Source: Candidatus Poribacteria bacterium
GTDB taxonomy: Bacteria > Poribacteria > WGA-4E > WGA-3G
NCBI GenBank assembly: GCA_965205015.1
Contig: OZ242029.1
Location: forward strand, 5,376,001-5,440,000
Length of the DNA: 64,000 nt
Reading direction: 5' to 3'
A program made the position numbers and the translations under genes. The notes under the pieces were generated by a model. The model did not search any database. It saw nothing but the letters and a program-made list of their open reading frames with translations, and was not told where the DNA came from. Each line of letters opens with the position of its first letter. Within the stretch, counting starts at the first letter, position 1. Below are positions 1 through 9,872 of the stretch, piece by piece.

Positions 1-12
1 TTGCCATTCTAA

Positions 13-3000
13 TCAATCATCAGCCGGGACAGCGACCCCTAACAAGTCTTCCTCTGAAACGGTTCGGAAGCGTTCTTCCGGATTTCTCAGGACGAGACCT
101 CGTAGATCTGTTGTGATTGCGTAAAGCGCAGGCATCACAAACAACGTCATCGTGGTTGCGAGCGCGAGCCCGAAGATGATGGTATACGCCATCGGCATCC
201 AGATCGGCGATTTTCCGCCGAGACCGACTGCCATCGGGATAAGTCCGATAATTGTTGTCAGTGAGGTGAGGATAATCGGACGTAATCGGACATACCCGCC
301 TTTCAGGATCGCATACCACTTGTTATGACCCCGTTCTCGGTAAGAATTGATAAAGTCAATAAGCACAATTGAATCGTTCACCACAATTCCAGAGAGTGCA
401 ACGATCCCAAACATCGCAACCATACTCAGCGTCGCATTGGCAAGGAGTAAACCAACCATCGCACCTATCATCCCGAACGGCACAGCGAACATAATGATAA
501 TCGGTTGTATAAACGATTTAAATTGCGCCCCTAACACAACATAGATTAACAGCAGCCCGACGATGAACAATTTCCACAACTCGGAGAAGGACTCTATAAT
601 CTCATCGAAAAGTCCTCGAAAATCGAGTTGGTATCCAGGATACAAGGATTCCACGTTCGCGAATGTACCGATGAGTACCTGATTTACCTTAAAGGAGGTC
701 GTTTTTGCCCTATCTACAGAGGCATAAACTGTAATCGCTCGTTCACCGTCAAAGCGGCGGATATCAGAATAGCCTTTCTCCTCTGTGATATCGGCGACAT
801 CCTTGAGGGGAACAATCGCACCCGTGGGTGTTGCAATCAATAGATTATTCAGTTCAGAAAGGTTTCCGAGTGTATCTTCTTCGTATTTGACGATGACATC
901 AATTGCCTCGTCTGCTTCACGATACGTTGTCGCTTTGGCGCCTTCAATAGCAGTACGCACTGTTTGGGCAATCTGAAATGTGGTTAACCCGTACTGGTGT
1001 GCTTTTTCCGGTTTCAGGTAGATACGCAGTTCGGATTTACCTGTGCGAAAGTCGTCTCGAATGTCGTAGACACCCTCCATTTGCGACAGTGACGCTTTAA
1101 GGGTATCACTGAGCGCAATAAGTTGTTCAAATCTCGGTCCCTTTACTTTGACTTCAACGTCTTGTCCTTGTGGGGGGCCGCCTTCTTGTGTGATGAAATT
1201 CAGTTCCTCAATTCCACTAACACCTGTGGTTTTCGTCCGTAGGTCTGCGATGATGTCATCCACCCCTCGCGTGCGTTCCTGTTTGGGTGTCAGTTCAACG
1301 ATAACCTCCCCGAAATTTGAGCCGTAGGTGACACCTTCCATCATCCCTGAAGTCGGCGTGTGTAAACCGATGTTGCTGACGATTGCAGCGACTTCATTTG
1401 ACGGAAGTGTTTTGGCGGCTTCTTCAAGTTGCGCGATGACGGCTGTTGTTTCTTGCATGCCATAGGAGGGCGGCATTTCGGCTTTAACGTAGAATTGTGG
1501 GAAATCTTCACCGGGAAACAGCTCCTTGTCGAGAACGACAAACGCACTAACGCACGCGATTAAGCCGATGCAGAGGACACTCCCTACAAAGGTGTACCGG
1601 TGACGAATCGTTATTTTCAAGATTCTAACATATCGGTTCCGGATCAGGTCAAAAACCGTGCCGAACCACGCGAAAAATCCGATGATATAGGCACTCAGGG
1701 CAAAGGTATTCGGGGCTCGAGTGCGAAGACGATCGAATCTGCTCTGTCCTGTCTGGGTTTTCGTCCTGCCCCACTCCGCAACGTGCGCCGGTAAGATCAC
1801 GAACACTTCAAAGAGTGAAGCCAATAGGACAAGAATCGCCATAATTGGCACGACCCGCATAAACTGACCGGGAACGCCGGACATAAACATTAGCGGACCG
1901 AATGCGCAGATCGTCGTCAAACTGGCGGCTAAGACGGGCCAGCCGACCTCTTCTGCCCCGCGAATCGCTGCAACTTTTGGGGGGTCGCCTCTCTCAATAT
2001 GTCGATAAATGTTTTCTATCACCACGATAGCGTCGTCCACAACAATCCCGACGACTAAAATCAGTCCAAACAGGGACACGCCGCTGAGGGAGTAGCCACC
2101 CACAGACATGAACCAAAACGTCGCCATGAACGCAACCGGTATGCCGAGTGCTGCGAATAGGGCGTTCCGCCAGCCGATAAACAGGAGAAGCATCAATACA
2201 ACAAGTATCAAACCGAAAAACGCGTTTGTTTCTAGAATACCCAGTCGCTCTTTGAGGATCACCGAATAGTCGTTAACGGCTGTCAATTCAGCACCTTCAG
2301 GGAGATCGACGCTCCGTTTTTTAACGAGTTCTCGAAGTTCGGCAACTAACGCAATGGTATTTCCTTCGGTCTTTTTTTGGACACTCAAACTAATGGAGGG
2401 GGCTCCATAGATACGGGATAAGGTCCTCGCTTCTTCATAGGTGTCCGAGACGGTTGCGACATCTTTCAGACGCAGCGGGGTCCCTGTCGGTTGCACAGCG
2501 ATGATGGTCTCGCCAATGGTGTCTGGGTTTGTGAATTCGCCCATTGTCCGCACCATGAACTCCGTGCTACCCAGTTCCATCGTGCCAGCCGGGAGATTCA
2601 AATTACTGGCACCGAGTGCAGTGATGATAGATGCAATGGGAATACGATACGCCTTCAACCGATCTGGGTCCACTTCAATCCATATTTCCCGCTCACGGAG
2701 ACCGGCGATTCGGACGGAGGCAATGTTTTTGATGTCTAAGATTTCGTCCTTGAGGTTTTCGGCAATATCCCGCATCTGCGTTTCCGAAATGCTGCCCCCC
2801 ACAACAATCGTCAACATCGGAAAGCCAGAGGAGATATCCAATTCTTCAACTTTCGGATCGTCCAAAATCTCTGCTGGCAATTCGTTCACCTGCTCTACAG
2901 CCGTGCGGAGGTTCTCGAGTTCCTTGTCGAAATCTCGATCACTCATCTCTTCAAAATCGACGGAGATAACGGATCTGCCTTCCGAAGAGTTAGAGAACAG

Positions 3001-3240
3001 CAGGTTGATTTTGCTGACATTTTCTTCGATAGCGTCTTCAATCGGGGCGGTGACGAGTTTTTCAACTTCTTCCGGCGAAGCCCCCGGATACAGCGTTGTT
3101 ATGGTGGCACTCTGTAATGCGATTTCTGGGGTAAGTTCTCGGGGTAGGTTTATCCATGCATACACCCCGAAAGCGATGATGATAATCATTAGCATATTTG
3201 CTAAGACCGGGTTATTCACGGACATTTTGGGGATAGACAT
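13..3240 (-). CDS. RND efflux transporter permease, AcrB/AcrD/AcrF family
   Basis: 1075 aa with N-terminal TM, two large periplasmic loops and motifs GIVVDDAIVVIENI, GIVVNDSIVLID and RLRPIILT. Confidence 0.95.
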   Translation of the reverse strand: MSIPKMSVNNPVLANMLMIIIIAFGVYAWINLPRELTPEIALQSATITTLYPGASPEEVEKLVTAPIEDAIEENVSKINLLFSNSSEGRSVISVDFEEMSDRDFDKELENLRTAVEQVNELPAEILDDPKVEELDISSGFPMLTIVVGGSISETQMRDIAENLKDEILDIKNIASVRIAGLREREIWIEVDPDRLKAYRIPIASIITALGASNLNLPAGTMELGSTEFMVRTMGEFTNPDTIGETIIAVQPTGTPLRLKDVATVSDTYEEARTLSRIYGAPSISLSVQKKTEGNTIALVAELRELVKKRSVDLPEGAELTAVNDYSVILKERLGILETNAFFGLILVVLMLLLFIGWRNALFAALGIPVAFMATFWFMSVGGYSLSGVSLFGLILVVGIVVDDAIVVIENIYRHIERGDPPKVAAIRGAEEVGWPVLAASLTTICAFGPLMFMSGVPGQFMRVVPIMAILVLLASLFEVFVILPAHVAEWGRTKTQTGQSRFDRLRTRAPNTFALSAYIIGFFAWFGTVFDLIRNRYVRILKITIRHRYTFVGSVLCIGLIACVSAFVVLDKELFPGEDFPQFYVKAEMPPSYGMQETTAVIAQLEEAAKTLPSNEVAAIVSNIGLHTPTSGMMEGVTYGSNFGEVIVELTPKQERTRGVDDIIADLRTKTTGVSGIEELNFITQEGGPPQGQDVEVKVKGPRFEQLIALSDTLKASLSQMEGVYDIRDDFRTGKSELRIYLKPEKAHQYGLTTFQIAQTVRTAIEGAKATTYREADEAIDVIVKYEEDTLGNLSELNNLLIATPTGAIVPLKDVADITEEKGYSDIRRFDGERAITVYASVDRAKTTSFKVNQVLIGTFANVESLYPGYQLDFRGLFDEIIESFSELWKLFIVGLLLIYVVLGAQFKSFIQPIIIMFAVPFGMIGAMVGLLLANATLSMVAMFGIVALSGIVVNDSIVLIDFINSYRERGHNKWYAILKGGYVRLRPIILTSLTTIIGLIPMAVGLGGKSPIWMPMAYTIIFGLALATTMTLFVMPALYAITTDLRGLVLRNPEERFRTVSEEDLLGVAVPADD

Positions 3241-3404
3241 GGCGGTAATATTTCTCCTTGCTCTTGCTCTTTTGCCCGCTAAGTCGCTTTAAGCGTTTTC
3301 TTTTGATGCTGTTCGATTTTGATTAAGAGGGACTATGGGGCAATACTTACACTGCCCCATTTTGAATCTGTTGGTGTGTTGGGCGGATTTCAGTCCACCC
3401 AAGA

Positions 3405-4142
3405 TTATCGACTCGTTTTAAGGGTGCTCCATGTCGTCGTTAACTTGCCATTTGGAGCAACTTCCAAGGGTTCAATCCCTTCACCTTCAATGGAGAGTGT
3501 ATCGACAAGGAACGTAACTGTTTGACCGCCCCAACTGTTCATAAAACCGATACCGACGCGTTCTACATCGAACTTGTGGTTCCACGTTTTGTTTCCAGAG
3601 AGGGTCCAGTCATCCTTTTCACTTTCGCGGTAGTAGCCTGAAAACAGATCGTCCTCTTTAACGATCTTAAGATGAAGTGGGACATCAAATCCGGTCTGGA
3701 AGTGTCCTTTGTCTTGCCAACCGCCTTGAACCATGCTGCCGATAAGTGTCTTTTGTGGCTGATTGGCTTCGCCACCGAACAACAGACACGCATAGTTCAA
3801 ATCTTCATCACTGTAGAGGAAAATACCGATCCATGAATCAGCGGGTTTATCCGGTTCGGTGGAAAAGATCCCACTCACCGTTATGTTTTTCGCTGCACTT
3901 TTCGGGATTTCCCGTTCAAGCATCGGTTTGTCGGGTGTTGTATGCCCCCAACCCCCTTTCGGATTGGTCATCTGTAGGAAGCCGTCTTTGACTTCAAACG
4001 TCGTAACTTCATCGCGATAATCACGGAACTCCCATCCCTCAACGAGTTCGGTGCCATCAAAGGGATCCGTCCATACACCAGCGGAAACTGCTCCGACAGT
4101 GAAGCACAGTAGGATTCCGCATACGAGAATCATAATTCGCAT
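3405..4142 (-). CDS. Secreted ConA-like lectin/glucanase-fold protein with C-terminal VxPxGKLxxTW tail
   Basis: Start moved to the ATG at 4142 (AAAAGGAG RBS, signal peptide MRIMILVCGILLCFTVGAVSA). Ends VAPNGKLTTTWSTLKTSR. Confidence 0.7.
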   Translation of the reverse strand: MRIMILVCGILLCFTVGAVSAGVWTDPFDGTELVEGWEFRDYRDEVTTFEVKDGFLQMTNPKGGWGHTTPDKPMLEREIPKSAAKNITVSGIFSTEPDKPADSWIGIFLYSDEDLNYACLLFGGEANQPQKTLIGSMVQGGWQDKGHFQTGFDVPLHLKIVKEDDLFSGYYRESEKDDWTLSGNKTWNHKFDVERVGIGFMNSWGGQTVTFLVDTLSIEGEGIEPLEVAPNGKLTTTWSTLKTSR

Positions 4143-4261
4143 GGTAATTCTCCTTTTCATTTCAGACATTATAGCATATAGCCCAAGTTGCCATTTAAAA
4201 GATTTTAGACAGACATACACCATTTTTGATTAAAAATATAACACACTTCCACAATTGCGGG

Positions 4262-5041
4262 CTATCGGTTCGCTTTGAGCGTTGCCCAAGTTGAGGTTAA
4301 TTTGCCTGCTGGTTCAACGTTTAATCCACCGAGTGCTTTTGCTAATCCATGTTCCACAATGATTGTCAGATCGTCTTCACTGAGAACGGTGTTAAAAATG
4401 GCGGCTTCATCGATAATCCCCACGAAGTATGAACCGCCACCCCATTTACCAATTTCAACGGGATTTGGTGTAACAGCCGTTTTTCCGGGACGTGTGCTCA
4501 CCCCCGCTTTTTTGCCATTTACGTACACAACGAGTTGCTCATTTTTCTCGTTGATGTCATAAGTCGCTGCGAAGTGGATCCATTTTTTTTCATCAGGAAC
4601 GTGTGAGGAGGCTCTCGGTTCCCAACTTCCGCCGGGCTTGACAAACGCTGACATTTTATTGCCTTCCTGTGGCGGATCAATCCGCAAGAGATATTCGTTA
4701 CTTTTCGCAATGAGTTGCCGCCACGTGGAAATATCTGTGGCAAAAAACCATGCCATCATGGTGAGTTCTTCACCGAGTTGTAGTTCCGGTGTTGAGTCGA
4801 TGGACACCCACTGGGCGCCATCAAACTCAAGGGCTTTTCCGATCTTTCCATCTTTCCACTTGGCACCGTTAATTGTGCCGTCGTGTCCGAGTCCTGAAGC
4901 GTCTTTGGTTGTTTTACCCGCCCCTTCATCAAAGAGCCACACACCAACGGCTGTTTCAGGATCGATTTCAGCAGAACAGATCTGTGGGAGTGTCGAAGCG
5001 ATTAAACAAACGACGCCTAAAATCAATATCAATTTTCGCAT
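4262..5041 (-). CDS. Secreted LamG-like jellyroll protein with C-terminal VxPxGKLxxTW tail
   Basis: Signal peptide from ATG 5041 (GGAG RBS). LamG motifs WLFDEG, GKIGKALEFDG, WIHFAATYD, YVNG, FVGIIDE. Ends VEPAGKLTSTWATLK. Confidence 0.85.
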   Translation of the reverse strand: MRKLILILGVVCLIASTLPQICSAEIDPETAVGVWLFDEGAGKTTKDASGLGHDGTINGAKWKDGKIGKALEFDGAQWVSIDSTPELQLGEELTMMAWFFATDISTWRQLIAKSNEYLLRIDPPQEGNKMSAFVKPGGSWEPRASSHVPDEKKWIHFAATYDINEKNEQLVVYVNGKKAGVSTRPGKTAVTPNPVEIGKWGGGSYFVGIIDEAAIFNTVLSEDDLTIIVEHGLAKALGGLNVEPAGKLTSTWATLKANR

Positions 5042-5256
5042 TTTTGTCTCCTGCACGCATTATATCTCGGAGAAGTTCCTTGATAATCAAATTTTGGTAA
5101 GTTGCATTCAGTCTCATAATTATAACACGCTGTCCGCCGCCATAACAAATGAAAATACTGGAAACATTCGCTAAATTTCTAATTGGACATGCAACCAAAA
5201 TTGTGATACACTAAATACAAACGTAATCAGAAATTGCCATGCAGAAGGAATCGATT

Positions 5257-6690
5257 ATGAACCAGAAAGAACAACTCATTGCTGATCTTACTACACTCCT
5301 TGGGTCTAAAAATGTGCTGACGGATGCGACTGCCCTCTCCGTGTATGAATGCGATGCGGCTCCCTCTTTTAAGGCGATGCCGGATGTCGTTGTCTTCGCA
5401 GATACGGCGCAGCAGGTATCAGATATCGTAAAGTTGGCGAATAAATACAACACCCCATTTATCGCCCGTGGCGGCGGCACCGGCTTGAGTGGCGGAATGC
5501 TCTCCGTGCAAGGTGGGATTATCATTGCCCTCAACCGGATGGACCGTATCTTGGAAGTAGATCTTGAAAATGAACGCGCGGTTGTTGAACCCGGTGTGGT
5601 GAATCTCTTGTTGACACAGGCGGTGCAAAGCCAAGGCTATCACTACGCCCCGGATCCGTCAAGCCAGAAGGCATGCACGATAGGCGGGAACATCGCCGAA
5701 AATTCTGGTGGACCCCATACCTTGAAATACGGTGTTACCTCCGACCATGTGCTTGGATTGGAGGTCGTTTTGCCCGATGGTGAAATTGTTGAATTGGGGG
5801 GAGCGGTCGAGGAAACACCCGGCTACGACCTGCGTGGTGTGATGATCGGTTCGGAAGGCACATTTGGGATTGTAACGAAAGCAATCGTTCGGCTGACCCG
5901 GAATCCGCAGGCGTATCAAACCGTTCTCGCTGTCTTTGAGACGATGGACGATGCGTCTAACGCCGTCTCAACGATTATCGGTGAAGGTATTATTCCGGCT
6001 GCCCTTGAAATGATGGACACGCTCGTCATTCGCGCTTTGGAAGAAGCCTTCCAGTTCGGGTTCCCGCTTGATGCTGAAGCGATTCTGATTGTGGAACTCG
6101 ACGGTATTGAGGCAGGCATGCAGAACCAGACTGATCAGATTCTGGAAATATTCAAACAGCACAACGCACGGGAAGTGGATTACGCCAAAGATGAGGCGGA
6201 GCGACAACAACTTTGGAAGGCGCGAAAAAGCGCGTTTGGTTCATTTGGAAGACTCGCACCGAACTACATTACGCAGGATGGTGTCGTGCCACGGACGACG
6301 CTGCCGAAGGTGCTACGACGGATCTCTGAGATATCCGAGAAATATCAGATTCCCATCGCGAATGTGTTCCACGCCGGTGACGGCAATATTCATCCGATCG
6401 TTCTCTTTAACGAACGAGACGCCGATCAGTGCGAACGTGTAGAGCATGTCAACAAAGAGATCCTGACGGTATGTGCGGAAGTCGGTGGCACAATCACGGG
6501 GGAACACGGCATCGGCGTTGAAAAAATGGATTATATGCCCCTCATTTTCAGTTCTGCCGATATGCAAGTAATGGCGACAGTCAAGAAAGTCTTTAATCCT
6601 ACGGGACTCTGCAATCCCGGAAAGATTTTCCCAACCGCCGAATCCTATGAAAAATTAGGTTTGCAACCCGATGGTTTTCTATATTCATAG
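5257..6690 (+). CDS. glcD: Glycolate oxidase FAD-linked subunit GlcD-like
   Basis: ARGGGTGLSGG, YAPDPSSQKACTIGGNIAENSGGPH, VFHAGDGNIHP, GEHGIG, NPGKIF. Confidence 0.88.
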   Translation: MNQKEQLIADLTTLLGSKNVLTDATALSVYECDAAPSFKAMPDVVVFADTAQQVSDIVKLANKYNTPFIARGGGTGLSGGMLSVQGGIIIALNRMDRILEVDLENERAVVEPGVVNLLLTQAVQSQGYHYAPDPSSQKACTIGGNIAENSGGPHTLKYGVTSDHVLGLEVVLPDGEIVELGGAVEETPGYDLRGVMIGSEGTFGIVTKAIVRLTRNPQAYQTVLAVFETMDDASNAVSTIIGEGIIPAALEMMDTLVIRALEEAFQFGFPLDAEAILIVELDGIEAGMQNQTDQILEIFKQHNAREVDYAKDEAERQQLWKARKSAFGSFGRLAPNYITQDGVVPRTTLPKVLRRISEISEKYQIPIANVFHAGDGNIHPIVLFNERDADQCERVEHVNKEILTVCAEVGGTITGEHGIGVEKMDYMPLIFSSADMQVMATVKKVFNPTGLCNPGKIFPTAESYEKLGLQPDGFLYS

Positions 6691-8041
6691 TTTAACCGCT
6701 AAGGAGAAATTTATAAAATTGCACGATGAACTTCAGCGTATTGTCGGCGAATCCGGTATCCTTCCTGAGGAACAGATCGCAGCCTACGCTTTTGATGGAT
6801 ATGTGCCGAAGGCAGTCGTTTTACCGACATCCGCCCAAGAGATACAAGAGGTCCTCCAATTTGCGGTAAAACAAAATTTGTCGGTTATGCCCGCGGGGGC
6901 AGGCACGAAACTTGGTATCGGAAATCTGCCACAGAAGGTAGATATCGTCTTGGCAACAACACGCTTAAATAGTGTGGTGGAATATGAACCTGCAGACTTA
7001 ACCGTAACCGTGGAGGCGGGCATCCGCTTAAGGGACCTCCAGACCGAGTTGGCGAAGCATCGTCAGTATTTGGTGTTGAATCCGCCGTATGCAGACCGAT
7101 GTACCATCGGTGGGATTGTAGCAACAAACGCAAGCGGCTCTTTCCGTTTGCGATATGGGACGGCTCGAAATCAGGTGTTGGGGTTGCGGGTTGTTCGGGC
7201 AGACGGCACCGTTGTCAAAAGCGGCGGCAAAGTAGTAAAAAATGTCGCTGGCTATGATCTTAACAAACTCTATATCGGTGCGTTTGGGACACTCGGTATC
7301 ATTACCGAGGTGACCCTCAAGTTATCCCCCATACCCGTCCGGCAAGCGATACTTACTGCAGATTTTCAGAACGTTCAGGAGGCAGTTGACACGGGTTTGG
7401 CGATTGTCGGTTCACAAACACTACCGATGTTTGTAAATCTGTTCGTTAATTCAGATCCAACACGTCGGGGAACCCAAGGACCCACGGATCAAAATCAGTC
7501 GATGTTAGTCGTTGGATTTGGAGGAGACCCTGAGACTGTGGCGTGGCAATTGACGCAGTGCCAAGGAATTATGGAACGAAACAGTGCGGTCGGTGTGACA
7601 ATTGTAGAAGACGAACCCTTACAGCACCTTCAGGAGACTGTTCAGGAATTCTCAGCGGATAACAGAAATGCCGAAATCGTAGGTGCCAAGTTGAACCTGA
7701 AGCGCACCGATCTCGCAGAATTTGCTTCACAAATTAGGGAGGCGGATTGGACGCGTGATGTACAGATGATGGCGTTGCTCGGGAGCGGTGTGTTATATAT
7801 CACTATTCCTGTAGCATCCGACACCGATTACCCATCGCTTGCGGATACGCTAACGCAACTCCGTCAAACCGCAATATCGAACCAGGGAAATCTCGTCATA
7901 GAAGTCGCACCCCCTGAACTCAAACGGCATATCGACGTTTGGGGTTCCGTCGAAGGAACGCTCAGTTTAATGAAACAGATTAAATCGAAATTCGATCCAG
8001 TCGGTTTGTTGAACCCAGGACGGTTTATTTCGAGTATTTAG
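6671..8041 (+). CDS. glcE: Glycolate oxidase FAD-binding subunit GlcE-like
   Basis: EYEPADLTVTVEAG, GGKVVKNVAGYDLNKL, FDPVGLLNPGRF; directly follows glcD. The true start is probably ATA 6713 or TTG 6719, after AAGGAG at 6701. Confidence 0.85.
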   Translation: MVFYIHSLTAKEKFIKLHDELQRIVGESGILPEEQIAAYAFDGYVPKAVVLPTSAQEIQEVLQFAVKQNLSVMPAGAGTKLGIGNLPQKVDIVLATTRLNSVVEYEPADLTVTVEAGIRLRDLQTELAKHRQYLVLNPPYADRCTIGGIVATNASGSFRLRYGTARNQVLGLRVVRADGTVVKSGGKVVKNVAGYDLNKLYIGAFGTLGIITEVTLKLSPIPVRQAILTADFQNVQEAVDTGLAIVGSQTLPMFVNLFVNSDPTRRGTQGPTDQNQSMLVVGFGGDPETVAWQLTQCQGIMERNSAVGVTIVEDEPLQHLQETVQEFSADNRNAEIVGAKLNLKRTDLAEFASQIREADWTRDVQMMALLGSGVLYITIPVASDTDYPSLADTLTQLRQTAISNQGNLVIEVAPPELKRHIDVWGSVEGTLSLMKQIKSKFDPVGLLNPGRFISSI

Positions 8042-8065
8042 TTTTTATAGGACTTACGCATTCCT

Positions 8066-8098
8066 CTCTTTTGTAGCATAGGAAACCGTTAGCCTGTG
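8066..8098. repeat. GTAG-type REP-like palindromic repeat
   Basis: ctcttttGTAGcataggaaaccgttagcctgtg; related copies lie at the 50987/57968 junction and at about 57985-58008. Confidence 0.6.
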
Positions 8099-8199
8099 TC
8101 AAGAGGGGGACTGCTGATTGCTTCTTTACTGACTGCCGAGAGCCATTCCTCTAACTGCTAAAAACTGACTGCCGACCGCTAATAAAAAGGGGACGTAAT

Positions 8200-9855
8200 A
8201 TGCAGGAAAAAAGATGGCGAATTCTGTGGATTGATAACCAGATAGCTGATGTAGAGCAATCTGACGGGCACCTTAAGAATCAACATTCTGAAAAACAGAC
8301 CCATATAACATCCGGGCCCTACATCCACTTTCTAAAGTATCGAGGATACGACATTTCTTTAACACACACTATTGCTGAAGGCATTGCGCTGCTGCAAGAT
8401 GAAGCGTATCACGCCCTCCTGTTGGATTATAACGGTGCGACGCGAGAGGGGAATCTGCTTTCGTCCATTCGGCATGTGGATGCGCATATTCCTATTATTC
8501 TCCTAACACGCGAGGGTGGACAGGAAGTGCTGCAGCAAGCAAGTCTTTACGGTGTTGACACTGTTTTTATAGGGAGAGCAGACGATCAGGATGAAACTTC
8601 GTCTCGGCAGTTAGAGACATCGCTCGCTTTTGTACTTGAAAAGCAGACGAACCGAGAAGGATATATACCACAGGCTTACGCGCAGCACTTTAACAAAGCA
8701 CAAATATCGGGTGACACTACACCCGGACGCGATGCCACCGACGATTGGCGGACATGGATCGATACTTATGTGCGTCTCGTTGAATGGGATTTGCGACTGG
8801 ATACACTTCATAACGTTGATGAAATTAAATCCATTCATGAGATGGAGAAACGGGAGGCAAATGCTGCATTCGCTGACTATATTCAAGCCAATTATCACAA
8901 GTGGCTTGTGGGTGAAGCATCGCCTGCTTTGTCTGTGGATGTTGTTTACAAATATGTGATTCCTGAGGTTCAGGCGGGAAAGCAGGTCCTGTTTGTTGTT
9001 ATGGATTGTATGCGATTGGACCACTGGTTGAAGATTGAACCCTTGCTGTACCCCCTGTTTAATATAACCACAGATTACTACTATTCCATTCTGCCAACGG
9101 CGACCCGTTATGCAAGGAACGCTATTTTTAGCGGGTTGTTTCCGCTTGAATTTGCTGAACGACACCCCGACCTCTACGCAGAACCCGATACAGCGCACAC
9201 GAGTATCAACCGTTATGAGAAAGAACTGATGCGCTTACAACTTGAGCGGCACGGCATACTTCTCAAGCCGCCTCTCCATTACTTCAAGATTTTTGATACA
9301 CGCGGCGAAATTCAATATCTACACTGGCTGAACGTTACGGATAGAATTAGTTTGACAGCACTTGTTGTTGATTTCCTTGATATGCTGACACATACGCGGC
9401 ATGAGGTGAACTTACTACAGCAGCTTGTGCCAGATGAAGCGGCGTTTCGAACGCTCGCGCAAACATGGTTTCAACATTCACATCTTTATAGAATATTCAG
9501 GATTGCCGCTGCACGCGGTATGACAGTCGTCTTAACGTCTGATCACGGTTCGCTCCTTTGTCAAAATGCAGCGAAGGTGTCCAGTCAAGCTGAACTCACG
9601 ACGGGACTTCGATTTAAAGAGGGGAAGAACATCTCGTGTTTACCTGAAGCCGGGTGGGTCATAAAGGAACCAGGCGCGTATCGCTTACCGGGTGAAGAAG
9701 CACGAAAAAGTTATGTGCTCGCAAAAGAGGACTACTACTTCGTTTATGAAAGACAATTCGATGTCTATAAAGAAATATTTCAAGGCAGTTTCCAACACGG
9801 TGGTGTTTCACTTGAGGAGATGATTTTGCCTTGTGTTGTGCTGGAACCGAGGTAA
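8200..9855 (+). CDS. PorX-like bifunctional response regulator / PglZ alkaline-phosphatase-family protein
   Basis: N-terminal receiver (RILWID, LLLD, PIILLT). PglZ motifs VMDCMRLD, SILPTATRYARNAIFSG, TSDHG, FQHGGVSLEEM. Confidence 0.85.
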   Translation: MQEKRWRILWIDNQIADVEQSDGHLKNQHSEKQTHITSGPYIHFLKYRGYDISLTHTIAEGIALLQDEAYHALLLDYNGATREGNLLSSIRHVDAHIPIILLTREGGQEVLQQASLYGVDTVFIGRADDQDETSSRQLETSLAFVLEKQTNREGYIPQAYAQHFNKAQISGDTTPGRDATDDWRTWIDTYVRLVEWDLRLDTLHNVDEIKSIHEMEKREANAAFADYIQANYHKWLVGEASPALSVDVVYKYVIPEVQAGKQVLFVVMDCMRLDHWLKIEPLLYPLFNITTDYYYSILPTATRYARNAIFSGLFPLEFAERHPDLYAEPDTAHTSINRYEKELMRLQLERHGILLKPPLHYFKIFDTRGEIQYLHWLNVTDRISLTALVVDFLDMLTHTRHEVNLLQQLVPDEAAFRTLAQTWFQHSHLYRIFRIAAARGMTVVLTSDHGSLLCQNAAKVSSQAELTTGLRFKEGKNISCLPEAGWVIKEPGAYRLPGEEARKSYVLAKEDYYFVYERQFDVYKEIFQGSFQHGGVSLEEMILPCVVLEPR

Positions 9856-9872
9856 TTGAGGAGAATTAACCG

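Noticed and set aside
2441-3292. Long antisense ORFs in the track (e.g. 2441-3292, 36954-37559, 41106-41720, 57221-57829)
   Set aside because: They are shadows of well-supported genes on the opposite strand and have no motifs or RBS.
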